Virus record (IMG/VR): IMGVR_UViG_3300017774_000620
Location: 1-37,986 of that record
Reading direction: 5' to 3' (one strand)
From: a virus
Taxonomy: Duplodnaviria; Caudoviricetes
Length of the DNA: 37,986 nucleotides
A program made the translations under genes and the position numbers. This document shows, piece after piece, positions 1 through 7,328 of this stretch. Numbering within the stretch: position 1 is the first letter of the stretch; each line of letters starts with the position of its first letter. The notes under the pieces are model-generated. The model made no database searches. It saw nothing but the letters and a program-made list of their open reading frames with translations, and was not told where the DNA came from.

Positions 1-1529
1 GTAGCGGCGGCGGATTTATCGCACATGCACTCTTTCATGGCCTTGTTACATTCAGGACACATTTTTTTCATGTCATCTGCTTCTACTTCTTTTTCAGCGG
101 CCATGTATTTGCCATAAGTCTTATCAGCATAACCTTCAGCCATGCCCGCTTCTTTACAGCGCGCCTTAAATTCTTTTAATGACTCACCCTTTTTAGGCAT
201 CATTTCTTTTTCTTCAGGCTTTACTGCCATTTCAATTTCCGTTTCTTCCATAACTTCTCCTTCTGCTTCTTCGCCCTCATACCAAGCATGGAGGTGGGCT
301 ACGGCTTCTAGTAAATGTGAGATAGAAGAAAGTTCATTGTGACCTTCCTTCATTCCTTGCGCTTCAATAGAAATGAGATTTGCTAATGCTTCGCGCGCCC
401 GCTCATACTCACCTTTATCAAACTTAAAAAGATCACCAAAAAAGGACTCAGGTACAGCAATTGTTTCTGATCCCATTGGGCGCTCCTTTGTTGAATTACT
501 GTCAGATTGTAAACCTTTTTCCTTGCTCTCTGCTTTGTATTTGCCACCACGCTTTTTGTACTCGCGGACTACCCAGGCATTAGCGTAGGCAGACGGGTAC
601 ACATCAAACTTTGCTTTAGCCGCTTGTATGACCTCTGCGTATAATTCTTTATCCGCAGGCTCACCTTTGCGCGGTTTAATTACCTGAGATGTATCTTCTT
701 CACCTTCTTTTTTCTCAATCCATTCTTCTACCTGAACTAAATCCTTTTCACCATCTACAGATTTAGCCAAAACTAACTGGCAATTAGGGTTAGCGGGTCT
801 ATCCACTAAACTGACTTCTACAATCTGCCCATCAACAATGCGCCCATTTGCCGCTTTGCTATCGCGTACAACGCGTGGGTTTTTGATACCTACTGAAAAA
901 CCCTTGAGTACACCAGCATCAACCTTCTTAACTGAAACAGGATCTACAACCAAAACGCCAATGTAATGTCCATCAGCCTTTGCTTCATACTCTTTGGCAA
1001 CGCCAGCGGCAATGTTGCTGTGTTGTTCTCTAATGTTTCCACCTGACTTAAACCAGGCGGGCATGGCGCGCTTTAACCAATCGCCATCACAAATCTGTTG
1101 ATCAATGTCAATGGAGTCATCTGTTGCCTTTCCGTAAACGGTCATTGTGCCGTCTGCGTTACGATCAGCCTTCTCAATACTAAAGTATGAGGTGGTTGTT
1201 AGATTACTAGCCATTGATTTCTCCTTGTTTTCTTGTTCACTGGTAATTCTTTTAGCCCATGCTCTGCCAGCGTCTCCGCCCCAAAGCAACCAAGCAATGT
1301 AGCCTGCACTATCTACGCCCCAACCTTCGCCTTTTTTATCTACTTCATGGCGCGCAAAATAAGAATTCATGCGGTTTAAAGTTTCTAATGATAATGCTTT
1401 TCCGTTGGAAAGGTCACGCGCGCGAGCAACGCCAACCTCTGTTCCACCACGGCCATGTTTAGCCCGCAGTTCTAATCCGCGCTTTGCGTTATTGCGCACC
1501 TCTTGCGGTGGAACAAACCCATCAGCCAT
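1..1529 (-). CDS. Prohead protease/scaffold fusion with extra N-terminal domain (3'-partial, runs off the window)
   Basis: Not in the ORF track; read by hand and open from ATG 1529 to base 1. N-terminal domain MADGFVPPQEVRNNAKRGLELR...AGYIAWLLWGGDAGRAWA. Then an HK97-type protease from M1214 (VYGKATDDSIDIDQQI, NIREQH, LKGFSVG, EVSLVDRPANP), then an acidic scaffold-like region. Lies downstream of portal and MuF. Confidence 0.85.
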   Translation of the reverse strand, partial: MADGFVPPQEVRNNAKRGLELRAKHGRGGTEVGVARARDLSNGKALSLETLNRMNSYFARHEVDKKGEGWGVDSAGYIAWLLWGGDAGRAWAKRITSEQENKEKSMASNLTTTSYFSIEKADRNADGTMTVYGKATDDSIDIDQQICDGDWLKRAMPAWFKSGGNIREQHSNIAAGVAKEYEAKADGHYIGVLVVDPVSVKKVDAGVLKGFSVGIKNPRVVRDSKAANGRIVDGQIVEVSLVDRPANPNCQLVLAKSVDGEKDLVQVEEWIEKKEGEEDTSQVIKPRKGEPADKELYAEVIQAAKAKFDVYPSAYANAWVVREYKKRGGKYKAESKEKGLQSDSNSTKERPMGSETIAVPESFFGDLFKFDKGEYERAREALANLISIEAQGMKEGHNELSSISHLLEAVAHLHAWYEGEEAEGEVMEETEIEMAVKPEEKEMMPKKGESLKEFKARCKEAGMAEGYADKTYGKYMAAEKEVEADDMKKMCPECNKAMKECMCDKSAAA

Positions 1530-1680
1530 TGTTATCCCTTCAAAGCCTGATCACTAACTGTACCAACTTTACTTACAGGAGTAGGAATTATTTTACCTTC
1601 AACCTGCTCATAAATTACATCTTTGTTTTTTCTTATTACAATAATGCCTTTAGGGTCATTAAGTATGAAGTTTTCTTTGC

Positions 1681-3153
1681 TCATTTTTTTACCCTAACTT
1701 TCATTTTTCTTGTTGTTGGGTTTGTTTCTAGGACTTCAAAATTGGTGTTTCTAGGGAGCAACCATTCACTTTCTGTGTTGCGGTTGCCCGCTTTTCCTCT
1801 TAATCCATCAAGCATAACCCCTTTAGTGCCTTCAGGGTTTTCAATGTTTATTATCCAGCCATCTTTGAATGTTTCAAGAAATCCTTCATCAAGGGTTGTT
1901 GAAGAATAACCTTTATCTATCCACACATCACCTGGGTTCAACCCCGCAAACAATTCATCTATTTGAGTGGAAAGGTTTCCTTGCCCAATTACTCTGTATG
2001 TAACTATTGGTTCAGGTAAGCCTGGCGCAATTTTCATTACTCCATCTATTGCCTTAACAGCATTTTTTACGCTTGTTTCATCTATAGCAGAAAGGTGATC
2101 TATGCGTAAGTATTCATTAATTTTGCCATAGCCGTATGATTTGTATTCTTTTAACGCATAATAACCTTCTGTATGGTTTATCCGTGTACCAGGTTTTTCA
2201 TAAGCCAACTCCATGAATTTTTTATCTTCTAATTGATAATTAATAAATTCATTGCGTTCTTGCGCATCAGTAAATACGCGGTAATTATTAGGTGGTGTTT
2301 CAACAACAGCCGCGCCATTAGGCATAGGGGCTAACCCACCATCAATACCCATTAGGTCATCATTTTCCATGCCAGGAATTACAGGTAGCAACACGCAACG
2401 GCAATGTGGGTGAGCGGGAGGTTGGGTATTGCCTGATGGAAATGCTTGCCCAATAACTACTTCAACGCCTGAGTTTTTAGCGCATTTATCGCATGGATCT
2501 GACACATGCCATTCCATCTTTTCAAGTTCTGCTTCTTTATAGCGTTGGATTGAGCCAAACGACATAGCGCGGTTTTGTTCAGTGATGGCAATAGTCAGCG
2601 CTCTTGATGGACTAGCCACATGCCGCCCAATCATTACAGCCGCATGTTCTGCGTCTAGGCCAGCGGCTATTGAGTCAGAAAGAGCAGTGCCTAAGTTTTC
2701 TACAGTTTCTTTATTAAACTTTTTAAAATAACTATCAGCATCAACGGCGTTTAGGTATTGAGAAAAGCCTCCTGTTGGGCGCAACAATAAAGCCGTTGCC
2801 TGATCTCCTGGTTTCCAATTATCCCAATCAATGTAACCATCATCTGCGGCTTTATTTGCCTTCTCAGTTTTAGCAATCCATTCACCAGCGGCGGCTTGCC
2901 CTAAAACATAGGCTTCAGCCCATGCGCGCATGACTGTTTGGCGCAATGGTTCATCATTCATGTACACATTGAGTATTAACCATGAGCGGGCGCGGGTGCG
3001 GTCTTGCGCGGTGTTATCTGTAGGTTGCGGTTGCGTTTCCTGGTATTTGTTAAAAACTCTTTTAAAGTCTGTTACCTGGCGCAGTGCCGCTCTAATCTTT
3101 ACCGCGTTCTTTGCCGCTATGCGCCCGTCTGCCTCAAGAGCGCCCTCAATCAT
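1681..3153 (-). CDS. MuF/SPP1 gp7-like head morphogenesis protein fused to a C-terminal VIP2-like ADP-ribosyltransferase
   Basis: MuF motifs RALTIAITE, CDKC and PPAHPHCRC. C-terminal R-S-E motifs YRV, GYSSTT, ESEWLLPR. Directly follows the portal gene. Confidence 0.88.
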   Translation of the reverse strand: MIEGALEADGRIAAKNAVKIRAALRQVTDFKRVFNKYQETQPQPTDNTAQDRTRARSWLILNVYMNDEPLRQTVMRAWAEAYVLGQAAAGEWIAKTEKANKAADDGYIDWDNWKPGDQATALLLRPTGGFSQYLNAVDADSYFKKFNKETVENLGTALSDSIAAGLDAEHAAVMIGRHVASPSRALTIAITEQNRAMSFGSIQRYKEAELEKMEWHVSDPCDKCAKNSGVEVVIGQAFPSGNTQPPAHPHCRCVLLPVIPGMENDDLMGIDGGLAPMPNGAAVVETPPNNYRVFTDAQERNEFINYQLEDKKFMELAYEKPGTRINHTEGYYALKEYKSYGYGKINEYLRIDHLSAIDETSVKNAVKAIDGVMKIAPGLPEPIVTYRVIGQGNLSTQIDELFAGLNPGDVWIDKGYSSTTLDEGFLETFKDGWIINIENPEGTKGVMLDGLRGKAGNRNTESEWLLPRNTNFEVLETNPTTRKMKVRVKK

Positions 3154-5030
3154 GTTAGATAAGCCTTAGCCAGCGCCCTAGCGGTATCTAAGTCACCATC
3201 AAAAGCACAACGGTTAAGAGCATCTCCCACAATTGGATCTAATGATTTAAACTCAAAGAGCCTTGCGCGCTTGCCCTTTGCCGCCCATTTCATAAATGCT
3301 TTTACTTCATTAGCCTGTTCTGCTTCAACTTCTGTGTTTTCAACTTCATTATCATCTTTAGGCTCAACCTCTAATTCAGGTTTTTGCTCAAGAGGATTAG
3401 GAGTTGCAGGCGCGTCAGGTGTTGCATCAGGCCCGCTTAATGTTGGAGCAACTGAAGCAGTAGCCGCATCAATCAATCCATCAGGTGAGAACAAATAAAC
3501 AGCCGCTCCGCTTACAAGAATTGGCATGTCAGCCTGTGGTGTATCAAGTAACGGCAAACCTAATTCTGATCTGCGCTCATTGACTGACTTACCCGCAGAT
3601 GTAACTTCAATTTGGTTCTTGCGCGCATTTTCTTCTGTGTCCATACGCTGTGAAGTCATAAGTTTGAATTCAAGTTCACGCGGCATACCTAAGTATGTGT
3701 AAGAAAGATTTGTAAGTTGTTTAGAGATCCAGTTAGAAAGAGGCCCAATACCTAGCGCTTCTCCATTTTCTGCTTGTCCTTCTGAGAAACCAGCCCCGCC
3801 TAATCCGCCCTTTGGTGAGAAACCAATTTCCGCAGGTTGTACGCCAAAGTGTCCACAAATAGAAGTAACTAAATAATCATCAAGTGTGTCCTTAAACTTC
3901 TCGCCATAACCTTCATTAACAATAGGTGTAAGACCCTTTGGTAATAAACGGGCGCGCTTGCGTTGCTCTGTTTGTCCTGCAAGATCATCATTGAGAATAC
4001 GCTCATAAGCAAGCAAGAGGTCAGGGTTAGTTCCCCAATCTTCATCAGTTGTAAACATGAGTTCAGGCATTACACCATCTGTGTACTCTGCTCTGATCCA
4101 TTGTTGGCGGCGCAAATAAATGTCAGCAAGTGGTAGCGCTCGCTCTACTGGGCTAAATCCATAAACAGTTGTTGAGCGGCGATTGCGTACCAAATAAGCC
4201 AATTGATCCGCGGTAAATTCACCATCTGCTTTTGGATCTTCTTCAGTTGCGGCAAATTCTGAACGCGGGAAACCATAAAGGATTTGTTGGAACGCCGCGT
4301 TAGGTGACATTGGGCGCATACCGCGGTCATCAATAAGAGGTTTGATTGTTGAGCCATCAAGAATTTGAAAACCGTAAAGATCCCCACCTACTGTTGGCTG
4401 TGGGTAAATAGCAAGCGCATCAATTACAAGAATGTCCTCAATTGCAATGTTGATCCAGTCCTGCCATGTGTATCCGTTTGCCTTATCAGGGTTTTCCCAA
4501 AATGTACGCAAGCGGTTAATTTCATCTGTGTACTTTTCACGGGCCTTAGCCATAGCGCGTACATGATCTCCACCTGACTCAGCCGCAATCTTTTCTGATG
4601 CGTCTGAACCAAGAACAATGTCAAAATCTAAGCCATTCATTTTTGATTTAGTTACTTCAATGCAACGGCGCAAAATGTCTATGCTATCGCCAGCGTCTCT
4701 TAATGTTGAGAATGGAACTAAGCGCGTTGGAACAATGTTGATGTTCTGAGCAACCTGGTATTCATAACGGCGCGGTTCAGGGCGGCCTGTTAGTGGATTA
4801 ACTGGGTTAATCGCACCAGGAATAATTGGATTGCCTGGGCCAAATGGAACTGTTGCGCTAAATGGTGCGCGTGGGAGTGCGACATTGTTGCCGTATGTCT
4901 GTTGCATGGCTAAACCGCTTTGCGCCATAAGGTCATCAGTGCCAATTGTTGTAGCACCCGCAGGCAGGTTAGGGCCTTTTTCAATGTTGCTTGTGGCTAA
5001 TGCTCTTGCGATACGGTCACGCAAACCCAT
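3150..5030 (-). CDS. Portal protein
   Basis: 626 aa. LDGSTIKP, YGFSPVE, ICGHFGVQPAEIG and SVNERRSELGLP are HK97-family portal motifs; position between terminase and MuF. Confidence 0.9.
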   Translation of the reverse strand: MGLRDRIARALATSNIEKGPNLPAGATTIGTDDLMAQSGLAMQQTYGNNVALPRAPFSATVPFGPGNPIIPGAINPVNPLTGRPEPRRYEYQVAQNINIVPTRLVPFSTLRDAGDSIDILRRCIEVTKSKMNGLDFDIVLGSDASEKIAAESGGDHVRAMAKAREKYTDEINRLRTFWENPDKANGYTWQDWINIAIEDILVIDALAIYPQPTVGGDLYGFQILDGSTIKPLIDDRGMRPMSPNAAFQQILYGFPRSEFAATEEDPKADGEFTADQLAYLVRNRRSTTVYGFSPVERALPLADIYLRRQQWIRAEYTDGVMPELMFTTDEDWGTNPDLLLAYERILNDDLAGQTEQRKRARLLPKGLTPIVNEGYGEKFKDTLDDYLVTSICGHFGVQPAEIGFSPKGGLGGAGFSEGQAENGEALGIGPLSNWISKQLTNLSYTYLGMPRELEFKLMTSQRMDTEENARKNQIEVTSAGKSVNERRSELGLPLLDTPQADMPILVSGAAVYLFSPDGLIDAATASVAPTLSGPDATPDAPATPNPLEQKPELEVEPKDDNEVENTEVEAEQANEVKAFMKWAAKGKRARLFEFKSLDPIVGDALNRCAFDGDLDTARALAKAYLT

Positions 5031-5112
5031 GTGTATCCCCTCAATGTGCCTCTTGTACTTCAGGCGTGTGGTAATGATAGCGATTTTAGCAACATCATGT
5101 ATTGTAAGGATT

Positions 5113-6114
5113 ATGAACTTAGTAGAGAAGGCAGTTCAACACGGTGGCAAACTCGCGCCATTAGTAATTCCTCACGGATTAACTAGCGGCACTGGGCTAA
5201 TGAACCCATCAATTTTTATTGATGATAAAGGCCAAATCCTTGTGAACTTACGCCATGTTAATTACACGCTGTACCATGCAGAAAATGAACAAAAATTCCC
5301 TAGCCGTTTTGGGCCATTGTCATACCTGCACCCTGAAAAGGATCAACGATTAGTAACAACTAATTACTTATGCCGCCTTAATGATGATCTTGAAATGACC
5401 CATCACGCCAAAGTGGACACATCTGAACTAGATGTTGCGCCCATGTGGGAGTTTGTTGGTGAAGAAGATTGCCGTGTTGTGCAGTGGCTAGATGATTATT
5501 ACCTAGTTGGTGTGCGTAGAGATACAACAACCAACGGTGTAGGCCGCATGGAGTACAGCCGTATTGAGATTGACTGGGATAATTGGGCAGTCAAAGAGGT
5601 TAGGCGTGTGCGTATTAAAGCCCCTGCCCCTGATACTTCTTATTGTGAGAAAAATTGGATACCTGTCCTAGATAAGCCTTACCACTTTATCAAATGGACA
5701 ATGCCAACAGAGTTAGTTTATGCAAACCCCATTAGCGGTGAGTGTGAACAGGTATTTGTGCGCCACACAAAGCCAGCGCCTAAAGATCAACGCGGTTCTA
5801 GCCAGGTCATACGGTGGGGCAGTATGTACATCTCCATTACCCATGAAGTAGATCTATTTAAGAATTACCTCAAACAAAAAGATGCAATTTACCGTCACCG
5901 TTTAGTTGTGTGGGATCAAGAACTAAATGTGGTGGGGCTAAGTAAGGAATTCTCATTCTTAGACGCTCGCGTTGAGTTCTGTGTAGGGGCGGCGGTTCAC
6001 AAAAGTAACCTTTTGGTGTCATTTGGTTTCCAGGATAACGCGGCTTTTGTGCTTGAAGTGCCTGGTTTAGTAGTAGAAGATTTAATTATGGAGGCCCTTG
6101 CTTATGAGAATTGA
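5113..6114 (+). CDS. GH130/DUF377-like five-bladed beta-propeller glycosidase or phosphorylase
   Basis: Motifs NPSI, EDCR, EKNW, RGSS, YRH, VEFCVG. Start placed at ATG 5113 (AAGGA upstream), because the longer ORF call overlaps the portal antisense. Confidence 0.7.
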   Translation: MNLVEKAVQHGGKLAPLVIPHGLTSGTGLMNPSIFIDDKGQILVNLRHVNYTLYHAENEQKFPSRFGPLSYLHPEKDQRLVTTNYLCRLNDDLEMTHHAKVDTSELDVAPMWEFVGEEDCRVVQWLDDYYLVGVRRDTTTNGVGRMEYSRIEIDWDNWAVKEVRRVRIKAPAPDTSYCEKNWIPVLDKPYHFIKWTMPTELVYANPISGECEQVFVRHTKPAPKDQRGSSQVIRWGSMYISITHEVDLFKNYLKQKDAIYRHRLVVWDQELNVVGLSKEFSFLDARVEFCVGAAVHKSNLLVSFGFQDNAAFVLEVPGLVVEDLIMEALAYEN

Positions 6115-6667
6115 GCAATTAGTTATAGAACTATCTAAAGATCCGTTTAATCCAGCGCTTAATTTTGATGTAGCGGTGGAGTATGAGAGGCAAAACCAAA
6201 CAGCATCAGCCGTTTCTTTCTATTTGCGCACCGCTGAATACGGGATTGAGTCACACCCAACCCTGGTTTATGCGTCATTACTTAAAACCGCGCATTGTTT
6301 TGATGATCAAAATGACCGTCAGGCAACTGTAAGCAATTGTTTATTGCAGGCTGTTGCGTATTTGCCATACCGCCCTGAAGGTTATTTCTTGCTTGCGCAG
6401 TTCCATGAGCGTTTAGGGCAGTGGCAGGAGTGTTACACCTGGGCAAACATAGGATTGCACAACCATCTCCATTCACCGCTCCCTGTCCATGTTGGTTATG
6501 AAGGCAGTTATGTATTGTTGTTTGAAAAGGCAGTAGCCGCCTGGTGGATTGGGCGCAAAGATGAAAGTATCCAAATACTAAACCGCCTTAATGCAATGGA
6601 CATAGATCCAGGGTACAAAATGGCAGTGCAAAACAACCTTGAAAGGATAGGCAATGCTTCTATTTGA
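6104..6667 (+). CDS. TPR-repeat protein
   Basis: TPR-like helices (AVAYLPYRPEGYFLLAQFHERLGQWQEC; EKAVAAWWIGRKDES). Overlaps both neighbours, as in an operon. Confidence 0.75.
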   Translation: MRIEQLVIELSKDPFNPALNFDVAVEYERQNQTASAVSFYLRTAEYGIESHPTLVYASLLKTAHCFDDQNDRQATVSNCLLQAVAYLPYRPEGYFLLAQFHERLGQWQECYTWANIGLHNHLHSPLPVHVGYEGSYVLLFEKAVAAWWIGRKDESIQILNRLNAMDIDPGYKMAVQNNLERIGNASI

Positions 6668-7328
6668 TGTTGGGGCTAATCGTGGTGATGCAGTGCTTGC
6701 AGGGTTGGCTCAGGGATACCGTGTAATAGCCCTAGAAGCCGCACCACGCGTTTATGCGCAGTTGGTTAGTAACTTTATTTACAACCTTGATGTTGTGCCT
6801 CTTAAAATGGCAGTCAGTGATAAAGATGGCGAGCGCTTAAAGTTCTATGAAGCAGATGAAGATGGCCTTAGTTCGCTTAACCAGGATTGGCTAACAAATG
6901 AACGCATGCCATACGCGGGCAAGCCTCACCGTGAGATTGAGGTAAACACAATCACCATAGATACCCTGGCAGATAATTACGGCAATCCTGATCTAATCAA
7001 GATTGATGTTGAAGGTGCAGAGTGGCAAGTTATGAAAGGCATGACCCGCCATTATGGGGGCATGATTTGTTTTGAATGGACATTTGAAACCATGCACCAA
7101 CATGAGGATCAGTTAGATTATTTATTTAGCCTGGGCTACAGAGAAATGGCGGCGCAATACATTGTGAACCATTTAGAAGAACCGCAAGTGTGGGGCAACA
7201 TGCTTTCTAACAACGCTAATGAATTATTAGCCTGGCATCAACTTACATCTGACCGTTGGATTGACGGCGGTTGGAAAATAGCCAACCTACGCCCTACCGC
7301 AGATGTAGGTATGTTGTGGGTGCGTTAG
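6654..7328 (+). CDS. FkbM-family SAM-dependent methyltransferase
   Basis: FDVGANRG, ALEA, PDLIKIDVEGAEWQVMKG motifs. Confidence 0.9.
   Translation: MLLFDVGANRGDAVLAGLAQGYRVIALEAAPRVYAQLVSNFIYNLDVVPLKMAVSDKDGERLKFYEADEDGLSSLNQDWLTNERMPYAGKPHREIEVNTITIDTLADNYGNPDLIKIDVEGAEWQVMKGMTRHYGGMICFEWTFETMHQHEDQLDYLFSLGYREMAAQYIVNHLEEPQVWGNMLSNNANELLAWHQLTSDRWIDGGWKIANLRPTADVGMLWVR

Noticed and set aside
142-1909. Several plus-strand ORFs in the track
   Set aside because: They are antisense shadows of the protease and MuF genes, with no motifs or RBS.
4831-5112. N-terminal extension of the 427-aa plus-strand ORF
   Set aside because: It overlaps the portal start antisense; ATG 5113 has an RBS and begins the recognisable domain.
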